Source of the DNA: Candidatus Saccharimonadota bacterium
GTDB taxonomy: Bacteria; Patescibacteriota; Saccharimonadia; Saccharimonadales; UBA4665
Length of the DNA stretch: 64,000 bases
Assembly (NCBI GenBank): GCA_002746885.1
Contig: PDRS01000008.1
Span: forward strand, 3,376-67,375
Reading direction: 5' to 3'
This document shows positions 1 through 8,356 of the stretch, piece after piece. Position numbers and translations under genes: made by a program. The notes beneath the pieces are model-generated. The model worked only from the letters and a program-made list of their open reading frames with translations, searched no databases and was not told where the DNA came from. How positions within the stretch are numbered: position 1 is the stretch's first letter; every line of letters begins with the position of its first letter.

Positions 1-138
1 TCTCCCCTGTTCAACACTCGACGCCATCTGAAATAACTCCTTACAACATAACTATTTCGCACAGTGTACCACACCATATTCATACAAGCCAAAAGCACGT
101 TGCGACAGGGGTAGTTATGGGTTATACTGGGGGACATT

Positions 139-1134
139 GTGGAAATAGCAGTCGTGGTTTTTCAGGTTTTGATACTGGTGGGAGTAGCGGCAACGTGTTC
201 GGGACTCAACGTTGCTTTTATGTCGCTCAATCTCGCCGATTTGCGCCGCAAGGCAAAGCTGGGCAACACATACGCCAAATGGCTGCTGCCGCTGCGCAAA
301 AACGCACACCTGACGCTCGCCGCCATTTTGCTCACCAATGTCGCGGCCGCTTCGCTCACGCCGCTAGTGCTCGACTCGCGCCTGAACGGAATTTGGGCAG
401 TTGTCATCAGCACCCTGTCGCTCACCATTTTTGCCGAAATCATGCCGCAGGCGTTGTTTGCGCAAAACGCCATACTCTGGACGGGCCGGCTCGTCTGGCT
501 GCTGCGCACTATGATCGCCATCACCTACCCCATAGCTAAACCGTTACAGCTTCTGCTTGACCGTATGTTCAAGCACACTTCGCACAACCTCCACACCCGC
601 CACGAACTCGGACTTCTTGTGTCGGAACACCTTGGTGCCAAAAACAGCGAGCTCGACGAGGACGAAGTGGAAATTATTCGCGGAGCGCTGCAACTGAGCG
701 AAAAGCACGTCGGCAGCATTATCACGCCCATAGAAAAAGTCTACGCACTAGAGCCGCAAACCATCATAGACGGCACCCGCATAGACGACATCAAAAGGAA
801 CGGTCACAGCCGCATACCGGTGTTCAACGCCGCAAAAACAATTTGTTTTGGCGTGCTCCTCATAAAAGAGCTCGTCGATGTCGACTTCGACGAAAACCCG
901 CCGCGGGTCGACGACCTAAACCTTTATCCAACACAAACCGTCGGCGCTGGCACGGCACTCGACACCATGTTTCGCAAGTTTATTTCGGCGCAAACGCATC
1001 TTATTCCAGTGGAAAAAGATGACGTCATCATCGGCATCGTCACCATAGAAGACTTGGTCGAGGAAATTGTCGGCCACGAAATAGAGGACGAGTCCGACCG
1101 TGCAAAAGCCCTTGCGCGACGTCTTCGCAAATAA
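139..1134 (+). CDS. CNNM/CorC-type protein (DUF21 membrane domain + CBS pair)
   Basis: 331-aa ORF with a GTG start. The hydrophobic N-terminal half is typical of DUF21. It is followed by CBS-pair-like segments (ITPIEKVYAL..., LIPVEKDDVIIGIVTIEDLVEEIVG). Confidence 0.8.
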   Translation: MEIAVVVFQVLILVGVAATCSGLNVAFMSLNLADLRRKAKLGNTYAKWLLPLRKNAHLTLAAILLTNVAAASLTPLVLDSRLNGIWAVVISTLSLTIFAEIMPQALFAQNAILWTGRLVWLLRTMIAITYPIAKPLQLLLDRMFKHTSHNLHTRHELGLLVSEHLGAKNSELDEDEVEIIRGALQLSEKHVGSIITPIEKVYALEPQTIIDGTRIDDIKRNGHSRIPVFNAAKTICFGVLLIKELVDVDFDENPPRVDDLNLYPTQTVGAGTALDTMFRKFISAQTHLIPVEKDDVIIGIVTIEDLVEEIVGHEIEDESDRAKALARRLRK

Positions 1135-1394
1135 ACATAGCAGACCATTTTTTTCTGTACGTGCTGTGACATATCGCACAATTTGTTGTAAATAAAATAA
1201 CGCACTTTCTGCCTCTGGAAATCGCATCATACCAGCTCCATTCCGCTTGACTCCAAAAAGCTTATGGAATAGCCTAGTCGCTACGTGCCGAAAATCTTTA
1301 CGGTGGAGTTTCGTCGCACCAGCAGTTCTCCCTGGCTTTTGTAATATAAGTTCGCCGGGATAAGTACTTGGACTGCGAACAAGGAGGGAATATT

Positions 1395-2174
1395 ATGCGT
1401 AAAACCGTTGTAACAACGGTCGCATTTGCGACCGTATTCTGTGGTGCTGCCTTCGGAGGCCTGCCCCACGCGTCAGCACAAACACTGGGCTTTGTTTCGC
1501 ACGGCGACAAAGACGTCATTACAGAAGTACTTGCTCGAAAAGACAAAGACAAGCGCCCAGCAAACAATACAAACGCCAAGGAAAACAGCACAGCAGCCAC
1601 TCAGGAAAAACGCCCTGCGGCAGAAACAAAACCAGCTGAAGCGCCCACGGCGCCAGCTCCAGTAATGGTCACTGTTCAAAAAGGAGATAGTCTCGCAGCT
1701 ATCGCCAAAACGCACGCCACTACTTGGGTGCGGTTGTACAACGCCAATGCGAACATTGCTCACCCAGACATTATCAATCCTGGGCAGCAGCTTCGTATCC
1801 CCGCCGCCGCGGAAGTGTTGCCGCAGCGTCCACTACCGCAGCCAGTTGTCGCTGCTCCGGCGCCAGTTCAAAAGTCAAACTACCGCGCGCCGCGCGCAAC
1901 AACCTACCGTAGGGCCGCGCCTGCTCCTGCGCATTACCCCGTAAGCAGCAATGCCGCAAAAGCTTACATATACTCACGCGAGAGCGGCAACAACCCCAAC
2001 GCCACAAACCCGAACGGTTGCTACGGTCTCGGCCAAGACTGCAACGGCGTGCTGCGCACTCAGTGCGGCGCTAACTACGCCTGCCAAGACGCCTACTTCG
2101 ACGCTTATGCGCAGCGCCGCTACGGCGGCTGGGAGGGCGCTTACGCCTTCTGGCAAGCCAACCACTGGTGGTAA
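1395..2174 (+). CDS. secreted LysM-domain protein with C-terminal Apf-like (YGLGQ...HWW) cell-wall domain
   Basis: AAGGAGG lies 7 nt upstream of the ATG at 1395. Signal peptide is MRKTVVTTVAFATVFCGAAFGGLPHASA. LysM motif is VTVQKGDSLAAIAKTH...NPGQQLRIP. The C-terminus is NGCYGLGQ...RRYGGWEGAYAFWQANHWW. Confidence 0.8.
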   Translation: MRKTVVTTVAFATVFCGAAFGGLPHASAQTLGFVSHGDKDVITEVLARKDKDKRPANNTNAKENSTAATQEKRPAAETKPAEAPTAPAPVMVTVQKGDSLAAIAKTHATTWVRLYNANANIAHPDIINPGQQLRIPAAAEVLPQRPLPQPVVAAPAPVQKSNYRAPRATTYRRAAPAPAHYPVSSNAAKAYIYSRESGNNPNATNPNGCYGLGQDCNGVLRTQCGANYACQDAYFDAYAQRRYGGWEGAYAFWQANHWW

Positions 2175-2197
2175 CATTGCGAAACAAACCCATGCAA

Positions 2198-2225
2198 CCC
2201 CGCTGTATACCACGGCGGGGTTTTT
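2198..2225 (+). terminator. Rho-independent terminator after the LysM gene
   Basis: CCCCGC-10 nt loop-GCGGGG followed by TTTTT. Confidence 0.7.
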
Positions 2226-2336
2226 GGTTGGTTTTTGCCGTTTTGCTGCTTTTCTTGGCAACACGGGGGAGTATACTTCTGGAAGCAATCCGAGCATACA
2301 GTTCACTTTTCAGAACAAAGGCCGCGCCTGCTTGCG

Positions 2337-3566
2337 ATGACTTTGCTTGATACTTTACAGCGAATACTTGATACTAAAACCATGAATATGCGGCCGCTGG
2401 CGGAGAGAATGAGACCGAGGAAGCTCGACGATGTCGTGGGGCAGGCGCATTTGGTGGGCGCACGGAAGATTATTCGGCAAATTATAGAGAACAAAGAACC
2501 AACCAGTCTTATTCTGTGGGGGCCGCCCGGCACAGGTAAAACGACATTGGCGAGAATTATTGCCGCAGAAACTGGTGCAGAGTTTGTCGAGCTGAGCGCC
2601 GTGACAAGCGGCAAGGCAGACGTAACGCGCGTCATTGAACGTGCGGCCGGTAACCAACGGCTCGGCATGACAACGATTTTATTTGTCGACGAAATTCACC
2701 GTTTCAACAAAGCACAGCAGGACGCGTTCCTGCCACATGTGGAGGCTGGTACCATCGTGCTCGTGGGAGCTACGACCGAAAACCCGAGCTTTGAAGTTAT
2801 AAACCCACTGCTCTCTCGCGCTCGCGTGTTAGTGCTAGAGCCTTTAGCCAGAGATGACCTCATTGCTATTGTGCGGCGGAGCGCAAAAGCACTAAAACTA
2901 AGTGCAAAGCAGCTACCCAAAAAATCAGTCGAACTCCTCGCCGATCTTTCTGGCGGCGACGCCCGAGTGGCGCTCGGAAACCTTGAGCTTGCTCAGCGGC
3001 TTGCACTTGGCAAAACAATCACGCCAGAGCTTGTCGAAAACGCCGCACAGACCAAGCTACCGGGCTATGACAAAACGGGCGAAGCGCATCACAACATCAT
3101 AAGTGCTTTTATAAAAAGTATGCGCGGGGGCGATCCGACGGCGGCATTGTATTGGATGGCGCGTATGCTGCAGGCTGGCGAAGACCCAAAGTTCATTGCG
3201 CGGCGAATGGTTGTGTTTGCTAGCGAGGATATTGGTCTCGCGGCGCCCGCCGCGCTGAACGTGGCCATTTCGACCTTTATGGCAGTTGAGCGAATCGGTC
3301 TGCCTGAAGCCGAAATAAACCTCAGCCACTGCGCCGCTGTACTCGCCAAATCACCCAAATCGCGCCAAAGCTACGACGCATGGGGCAAGGCAAAAGCGCT
3401 TGCCGCCGAATATCCTGATTTACCCGTTCCGCTAGGATTACGCAATACCCCAACAAAGCTCATGAAAGACCTTGGCTACGGCAAAGGCGCCAAGTGGGAA
3501 GCCGGTTACCGCCACCCCGAAGGCTTTTTACCTCCCGAATTGAGCGACACAAACGTGTTTGCGTAG
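2337..3566 (+). CDS. rarA: replication-associated recombination protein A (AAA+ ATPase, MgsA/RarA)
   Basis: Contains PLAERMRPRKLDDVVGQ, Walker A GPPGTGKTT and Walker B LFVDEIHRF, plus a C-terminal MgsA-type region (AHHNIISAFIKSMRGGDPTAALYW). The start could instead be the ATG at 2382. Confidence 0.85.
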   Translation: MTLLDTLQRILDTKTMNMRPLAERMRPRKLDDVVGQAHLVGARKIIRQIIENKEPTSLILWGPPGTGKTTLARIIAAETGAEFVELSAVTSGKADVTRVIERAAGNQRLGMTTILFVDEIHRFNKAQQDAFLPHVEAGTIVLVGATTENPSFEVINPLLSRARVLVLEPLARDDLIAIVRRSAKALKLSAKQLPKKSVELLADLSGGDARVALGNLELAQRLALGKTITPELVENAAQTKLPGYDKTGEAHHNIISAFIKSMRGGDPTAALYWMARMLQAGEDPKFIARRMVVFASEDIGLAAPAALNVAISTFMAVERIGLPEAEINLSHCAAVLAKSPKSRQSYDAWGKAKALAAEYPDLPVPLGLRNTPTKLMKDLGYGKGAKWEAGYRHPEGFLPPELSDTNVFA

Positions 3567-3626
3567 CCGCGGCGGCGTGGTATTGCAACGTCTTGTGTGC
3601 GCGGTCACATAGATGTATCTTGCCTG

Positions 3627-4187
3627 CTACTGGAAGTGCTCCAGGCTCTGGCGCAATAGGTCAGTCGGAAGACCGAGGACAGTGTCGTGGTTTCCTTCGA
3701 TACGGTCGATAAGGTTTGCTGCGTTTTGGATAGCGTAAGCGCCGGCTTTATCGGCATAGTCGCCCGTAGCCAAATAGGCTTCGACAGCTGCTTTGTTATA
3801 CGGCTTGAAGTACACCCACGCATTGTCGTAGGTAACATACTCGTATGCTTCCGCTTTGCAAATGACAGCGAGCGACGAGGTGACTTTGTTTGGCGCACTC
3901 GTAATGAGCCGCCACATGCGTCGAGCATCTTCGATGTCGGCGGGTTTGCCGAGCTGCTCGGCGCCCACCGTGACAATAGTGTCGCTGCCGATAACAATTG
4001 CGTTCGGATACTGCGCTGCCACCGCCTGCGCTTTGCCGAGCCCCAGCTCCATTGCAATCTCTTCTGTCGAACGCGACGAATCAAGATATTCTGCAAAATC
4101 GCTCGGCACGACGGTGACATCCAATCCCATTTGTTCCAACAGTTTCTGCCGCCGCGGCGAGCCACTCGCCAAAACAATCTGTCTCAT
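3627..4187 (-). CDS. maf: Maf-like nucleoside triphosphate pyrophosphatase
   Basis: MRQIVLASGSPRRQKLLEQMGL...DKAGAYAIQ is the Maf family signature. The start was chosen at the ATG at 4187, which has TATACT 6 nt upstream. Confidence 0.85.
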   Translation of the reverse strand: MRQIVLASGSPRRQKLLEQMGLDVTVVPSDFAEYLDSSRSTEEIAMELGLGKAQAVAAQYPNAIVIGSDTIVTVGAEQLGKPADIEDARRMWRLITSAPNKVTSSLAVICKAEAYEYVTYDNAWVYFKPYNKAAVEAYLATGDYADKAGAYAIQNAANLIDRIEGNHDTVLGLPTDLLRQSLEHFQ

Positions 4188-4612
4188 TTTTTCAGTATAC
4201 CTTGCGCTCGCGCTGGACGTACAGCGTAACAAGCTTGCCCGCTTCGGCGCCAAACAACGTCTAGTAATCAAGCTTCCTGCGAATAGACCTGCTCTAGCTG
4301 CAACCGTGCATCAGACCCCATTCGCTGCCATAAATACAGCCGATGTTCATCGAAAACACGGCCAAGACGTGAGCTTGCAGCCGCTGATCGATGAGGCTAA
4401 CAACACCGAGCCAAAGACGGATTTTTAAAACTAGTAGCGGGCAGTTGCATCCCCAGTTTGGTCTATAATCTAACTGGCTACGTCGGCGAAGTGTCGATAT
4501 TTAGCTTTGATTGCATGAGTTGCCGTTAAGCTACCTGAGTTCGTTTACGTAAGTAAGCACCGACAGATTTTTGAAAAACGACGGCGCTCCTGGGCATGCT
4601 ATACTGAAGCGC

Positions 4613-5563
4613 ATGAAACCTTTGCTGCTGACGGTCGGCAATGTTTATCTTGACAATAATATTTATGGCGTTGAGTCAGACGAGGATAAGTTTAAACTCG
4701 AAGCTGGCAAGGAATACGCTGCAGCTGAAGCCAAGCGCGTGCCAGGGGGCTCAGCTGTGAATGTAGCCATGCAAGCTCGCCGACTAGGGGTTGACGTTGC
4801 ATTTGTTGGCAAAGTTGGCGAAGACGAAGCTGGAAAAGCAGTCAAAGCCTTGCTAGAAAAGGTAAACATAATGAGCCAGCTTGTGGGCGAGGATGCTACG
4901 CTAGACACTTCTATAGCAGTTAACCTCATCGGTCAAGACGGACAGTCTATCAGTATATACTACGGTAACGCCTCTAAGCAGCTATCGGCCGAAGACATCG
5001 ACATTAATAATGGCTTATTAGCCCGTGGTCAGGCCATATATTTTGGCGGCACCGCCAAACAGACTAAATTGTTAGCGAAAGGCGAGAGTCTGTTTCGGGA
5101 AATTCATAAGAAAAACGTAAAGATTTTCTATGACCCAAATCGTTTTCCCTTGCAAACCGAGGACAGTAGCCGCCAGACAATCCTTGGTCAACTAAAGTAT
5201 GTTGAAGGCTACTTTCCAAATGAGCAGGAATTGCTACAGTTGAGCGGAGAAACTTCTGTCGACAAAGCGTTAGACATGGTCCTGAGTAGAGGTGTGCGTT
5301 TTGTGGCACTAAAGCTAGGTGAACAAGGCTGTAGAGTCAAAACTCAGCAAGAAGATTTTGCGATTGACGGCCTAAAGGTCAAGCCACTAAGCACTGTCGG
5401 AGCAGGCGATTGTTTTAACGCGACTTTCATCGCCAACTATTTGATGAACAAACCTCTGGAAACCTGCGCTAGACTCGCCAATGCAGCTGCCGCTATAAAA
5501 GTCCAGCAAGATGTCTGGCCGAGCGCAACAATGATTGCTGACATGAGCAAAAACTCTGCGTAG
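4613..5563 (+). CDS. PfkB-family carbohydrate kinase
   Basis: Ribokinase-like fold motifs: the N-terminal GNVYLD block, GGSAVNVA, and the C-terminal STVGAGDCFNATF (PfkB signature 2). Confidence 0.8.
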   Translation: MKPLLLTVGNVYLDNNIYGVESDEDKFKLEAGKEYAAAEAKRVPGGSAVNVAMQARRLGVDVAFVGKVGEDEAGKAVKALLEKVNIMSQLVGEDATLDTSIAVNLIGQDGQSISIYYGNASKQLSAEDIDINNGLLARGQAIYFGGTAKQTKLLAKGESLFREIHKKNVKIFYDPNRFPLQTEDSSRQTILGQLKYVEGYFPNEQELLQLSGETSVDKALDMVLSRGVRFVALKLGEQGCRVKTQQEDFAIDGLKVKPLSTVGAGDCFNATFIANYLMNKPLETCARLANAAAAIKVQQDVWPSATMIADMSKNSA

Positions 5564-5616
5564 CTGTAGCGTAAGTGCCAGCAACTCATCGGCAGATTGA
5601 GGATATACAAACTTCT

Positions 5617-5643
5617 AAAAACAGCCGATGTTGGCTGTTTTTA
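5617..5643. terminator. bidirectional hairpin terminator
   Basis: AAAAACAGCCGATGTTGGCTGTTTTT: A-run, 6-bp stem, then T-run. It is usable by pfkB (+) and by the tRNA-Gln locus (-). Confidence 0.7.
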
Positions 5644-5646
5644 GAT

Positions 5647-5670
5647 TGGCTGGGGATGAGGGATTCGACC
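5647..5670 (-). pseudogene. tRNA-Gln 3' fragment (T-loop to CCA)
   Basis: The minus strand reads GGTCGAATCCCTCATCCCCAGCCA. Its last 22 nt are identical to the 3' end of the intact tRNA-Gln at 5840-5913. No 5' half is adjacent. Confidence 0.7.
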
Positions 5671-5757
5671 TACCTTCGGCAGGCCCGAAACTTCGCGATT
5701 GCCGAACCAGTCGGCATCGGAAGGTTTCCTTGCGACCCGCCACTGGCGGGTCTCACC
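5667..5757 (-). repeat. 91-nt hairpin-rich element, copy E2
   Basis: Minus-strand sequence is GGTGAGA-CCCGCCAGTGGCGGG-TCGCAAGGAAACCTTC-CGAT-GCCGACTGGTTCGGC-AATCGC-GAAGTT-TCGGGCCTGCCGAAGG-TAGGTC. It has the same length and block order as E1. Confidence 0.75.
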
Positions 5758-5766
5758 CCGCTCACT

Positions 5767-5790
5767 CCGTGATCGGGTGTTCGAGTTCTG
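5767..5790 (+). other. inverted fragment of tRNA-Gln (approx. positions 40-60)
   Basis: The plus strand reads CCGTGATCGGGTGTTCGAGTTCTG. The sense strand of the intact tRNA is CCGTGATCGGGGGTTCGAATCCCT. The fragment is therefore in the opposite orientation to the tRNA gene. Confidence 0.55.
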
Positions 5791-5803
5791 TACTAAAACA
5801 TAG

Positions 5804-5831
5804 CAAAAGACCCAGAGCTTACCTCTGGGTC
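5804..5831 (-). terminator. Rho-independent terminator after tRNA-Gln
   Basis: Minus strand reads GACCCAGAG-GTAAG-CTCTGGGTC followed by TTTTG. Confidence 0.75.
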
Positions 5832-5839
5832 GTTTGTTA

Positions 5840-5913
5840 TGGCTGGGGATGAGGGATTCGAACCCCCGATCACGGGACCAGAACCCGTTGCCTTACCGCT
5901 TGGCCAATCCCCA
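5840..5913 (-). tRNA. tRNA-Gln (anticodon CUG)
   Basis: Minus-strand sequence: TGGGGATTGGCCAAGCGGTAAGGCAACGGGTTCTGGTCCCGTGATCGGGGGTTCGAATCCCTCATCCCCAGCCA. It forms a cloverleaf with a U1-A72 pair, anticodon loop TTCTGGT and an encoded CCA. Confidence 0.9.
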
Positions 5914-5972
5914 ACATGAAACTCATTCGTTTCTCTTGCGCGTATTGTAAAGGTTCTGGTCGCCTGGGACCA

Positions 5973-6063
5973 GACTCACCTTCGGCGAGCCCGGAACTTC
6001 TGCCTTGAAAGCATAGCTTTCAGGTGAAGATTCCCTTGCGATAAGCCGCTGGCTTATCTCACC
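5973..6063 (-). repeat. 91-nt hairpin-rich element, copy E1
   Basis: Minus-strand sequence is GGTGAGA-TAAGCCAGCGGCTTA-TCGCAAGGGAATCTTC-ACC-TGAAAGCTATGCTTTCA-AGGCA-GAAGTT-CCGGGCTCGCCGAAGG-TGAGTC. See E2 for the matching block order. Confidence 0.75.
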
Positions 6064-6090
6064 GTTGCCTTACCGCTTGGCCAATCCCCA
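6061..6090 (-). pseudogene. tRNA-Gln 5' fragment (positions 1-30)
   Basis: The minus strand reads TGGGGATTGGCCAAGCGGTAAGGCAACGGT. Its first 29 nt are identical to the intact tRNA-Gln, and it then continues directly into E1. Confidence 0.7.
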
Positions 6091-6102
6091 AGAACACCCC
6101 AA

Positions 6103-6132
6103 ATTATACCGTACCAACGATAATTCTGCCAA
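6103..6132 (-). promoter_or_regulatory. sigma70-type promoter facing the tRNA-Gln 5' fragment
   Basis: On the minus strand: TTGGCA (6132-6127), an 18-nt spacer, then TATAAT (6108-6103). The tRNA-like 5' end begins 12 nt further downstream. Confidence 0.65.
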
Positions 6133-6140
6133 AGACTTAC

Positions 6141-6167
6141 AAAAAAACCAGCAGCAGCTGGTTTTTT
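6141..6167. terminator. bidirectional hairpin terminator
   Basis: AAAAAAACCAGCAGCAGCTGGTTTTTT. Confidence 0.6.
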
Positions 6168-6643
6168 CCTGAGGCTAAAAGCTTTTAGCCTACCTCTCAA
6201 AACTTCACACAGTTTCGTCTCTCAGACAGCGTTTTGAGCTGTCTCGCAATGCGCACCTCAAAACACTAATAGTTATTATAACACAGGTTTTTTCTCAGCA
6301 AACAATCTGGACGATTTTGCCGTTGTGATTTATTCTACAGCAGTTTCTACCTCTGTAATTTTCGAAAACAAACATATTGTATAGTATGTTTTTGCGTCGG
6401 GTTGCTGCCTCGCAGCAGACATTCCCAGCACATGCATGAGCCCCAAAAGCACAGCACGATACCAGCCCTCCAAGCCTGAATCTCAGCCAAAAATCATCAT
6501 AGTGCGCTGTGTGCGACGGCGCAGCAAAAAACTGCTTCGGTGGCATAGAAGCAGCTCTAGTATGTCTTCTAGCGTCTATGCGCCCAGAGCGCGAAAACGC
6601 GTTGCGGCGGCACATCTGACGCATTGCCCAAGGGGCACTTTCA

Positions 6644-7123
6644 TTATTCTGGTGGTGCCTCGTGGAAAGGAATATCGGCGAGCGTAGCACCAGCCGGCGG
6701 AACTACTCCCGACTTCTCTACCGGCATTGGTTGTCCGCCCGAACGGAAAATATCTGTCACTATTTTGTCTACGGTGTCTTCGGTCATCATTGACTTGACC
6801 GAATAGCCAGATATTCCTAGGTCGCGCAAGTTTTTGGGCGCTTCTGTTTCATTGAGATTAGATATGACGTATACGGGTATGTTCTTACCCCAATCGCTCG
6901 CACGCATCGTTGCTAGCACCTGCCCACCAGATATATCTGGGATCATCAAGTCAAGAAGCACGAGGTCGGGCATTTCCTTCTGAATAAAATACAGCCCCGT
7001 GATGCCGTTGTAGGCAACGAAACAAGTGTAGCCGAGTAATTCGAGTCTCGTTTTGTAAATTTCGGCGAGGCTTGCATTGTCCTCGACGATGATGATTTTT
7101 TGCGAGCTATTCTGCGGGTCCAT
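6644..7123 (-). CDS. single-domain response regulator (receiver domain with short C-terminal tail)
   Basis: MDPQNSSQKIIIVEDNASLAEIY...PDLVLLDLMIPDISG...IPVYVISN is a CheY-like REC domain. The start was set at the ATG at 7123. The longer ORF to 7384 has no domain support. Confidence 0.8.
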   Translation of the reverse strand: MDPQNSSQKIIIVEDNASLAEIYKTRLELLGYTCFVAYNGITGLYFIQKEMPDLVLLDLMIPDISGGQVLATMRASDWGKNIPVYVISNLNETEAPKNLRDLGISGYSVKSMMTEDTVDKIVTDIFRSGGQPMPVEKSGVVPPAGATLADIPFHEAPPE

Positions 7124-7300
7124 ATGCCCGATTGTAGTACAGACACAGCCAATTTGCCACCACGAAATGCCGAAGTACTGCTGCTCAATCAGGCTCGCGA
7201 AGGATTCGCTCGGCGCCGCGCATACGTATACGAATGCACAAAAAGTGGCAGTTTTTGCCCGAAAACGATATAGTAAAGCCAGCACAAAAAGGAGGTTTGC

Positions 7301-8356
7301 ATGACGGAGGTTGTCAAAACGTGGGGCCTGATTGGCCGCGGAAATATTGGCCGCGAGCTTACGCGGCAGATTGGCCAAGCACACGTTGCCAAGCGGCTCG
7401 GCCTAGAGCCAAAGCCAAGTATGATTGTCGAAATAGACGGCATAACGGATGCCGCAGGAAATCTCGACACAACAACTTCGTTTGCCGATGCAGACATCCC
7501 TGATGTTATGTTTTTAGCCATTCCCTCTGGTGGCGACGGCACAGTCGCCTACACCTACGTTTCGACTATTCTGGCCAAAGGCAAAATAGCTGTCACCGCC
7601 GAAAAAAGCGCGCTTTCACATTTCTTTACCGAGCTAAAAGAAGCCTCTGAAGACTTCGCTCGTTTCGGCATAACTGCCAGCGTCGGCGGCGGCACGCGTA
7701 TGCTTCGGCTCGCCGAGCAGTACAACATAGATCAGGAAAACATCTCTGAAATGCACGCCGTACTCAACGGCACCCTCACCGCCATCATGAGCGAAGCTGC
7801 GCCAGTGAGCGGCGAGGGGATTTCTCTTGAAGCAGCCGTTGCTAACGCCGTCAAAGCGGGCTTCGCCGAACCGGGGGCTACATCGCCGCAAATGGTCGTA
7901 AAAAACGAAGCCGAAGGAGACATTTCGAAAAAAATGTCCATCATGTACAACTACCTCCAGCTCGGAAAAACTGTCGTTACATCGGACGATCTTGCGTTTA
8001 GTCTGTCGGATGAGGAAATCAATGCGGCCGTTTCGGCGCAAGAGCCACACCGCTTTATTGCTTCGTTTTATCCGGTCGCACATGCCCCAGAAACGATTGA
8101 GCGAATCGGCGGGTTCGAAAAAATCATCGACAATTGGAAGCTAGTCGCTGGGTTTCGACCGCTTTCTGCAAACCCGCTGTTTGCTAGTTTTGCACCGCTG
8201 AGCGCTGCTGGCAATGGTCTCGTCATTGGACTTGGACCAAATAACAGCGACGGCATTTACGCCGTAACAGGCCCAGGCGCGGGAGTGGAACCGACGGTCA
8301 ACGCTATGATAGATGACTACATGCGGCTCAGCCATAGAGGTCACTGCCCATGCTAG
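7301..8356 (+). CDS. hom: homoserine dehydrogenase-like NAD-binding enzyme
   Basis: AAAGGAGG SD upstream. N-terminal Rossmann motif GLIGRGNIGRE. LNGTLTAIM and AEPGATSPQ...EGDISKKMSIM resemble the HSDH catalytic domain. It is translationally coupled to lysC-asd. No ACT domain is present. Confidence 0.6.
   Translation: MTEVVKTWGLIGRGNIGRELTRQIGQAHVAKRLGLEPKPSMIVEIDGITDAAGNLDTTTSFADADIPDVMFLAIPSGGDGTVAYTYVSTILAKGKIAVTAEKSALSHFFTELKEASEDFARFGITASVGGGTRMLRLAEQYNIDQENISEMHAVLNGTLTAIMSEAAPVSGEGISLEAAVANAVKAGFAEPGATSPQMVVKNEAEGDISKKMSIMYNYLQLGKTVVTSDDLAFSLSDEEINAAVSAQEPHRFIASFYPVAHAPETIERIGGFEKIIDNWKLVAGFRPLSANPLFASFAPLSAAGNGLVIGLGPNNSDGIYAVTGPGAGVEPTVNAMIDDYMRLSHRGHCPC

Noticed and set aside
1-27. 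Possible 5' end of a minus-strand gene: ATG at 27-25 with AAGGAG 9 nt upstream, open to the window edge.
   Set aside because: Only 9 codons are visible, so it cannot be supported as a feature.
1135-1394. A 260-nt leader upstream of the LysM cell-wall protein was checked for a cyclic-di-AMP (ydaO-type) riboswitch, which often precedes such genes.
   Set aside because: I could not find the conserved ACGGGG...CCCA...GGGUGAAUC...CCGA blocks or the pseudo-twofold symmetry. The question stays open only for a formal covariance-model scan.
5651-5670. The plus-strand GGGGATGAGGGATTCGACC looks like a tmRNA 5' end.
   Set aside because: It is simply the complement of the tRNA-Gln 3' end, because the TTCGAA T-loop is palindromic. 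No tmRNA-like 3' end or tag follows. The genuine tmRNA is at 40092-40437 on the minus strand.
5973-6000. GAAGTTCCGGGCTCG inside E1 resembles the RNase P RNA CR-I block (GGAAAGUCCGGGCUC).
   Set aside because: The match is only ~12 nt. None of the other RNase P conserved regions, nor the P4 partner, is present. The locus contains an intact tRNA, which is incompatible with a 350-400-nt RNase P RNA.
6295-6690. 131-aa ORF on the minus strand downstream of the response regulator.
   Set aside because: Its composition is Cys/Arg/His-rich. It has no SD or -10 box, it overlaps the 3' end of the regulator gene, and it shows no family resemblance. I treat it as non-coding, with low residual doubt noted in the findings.
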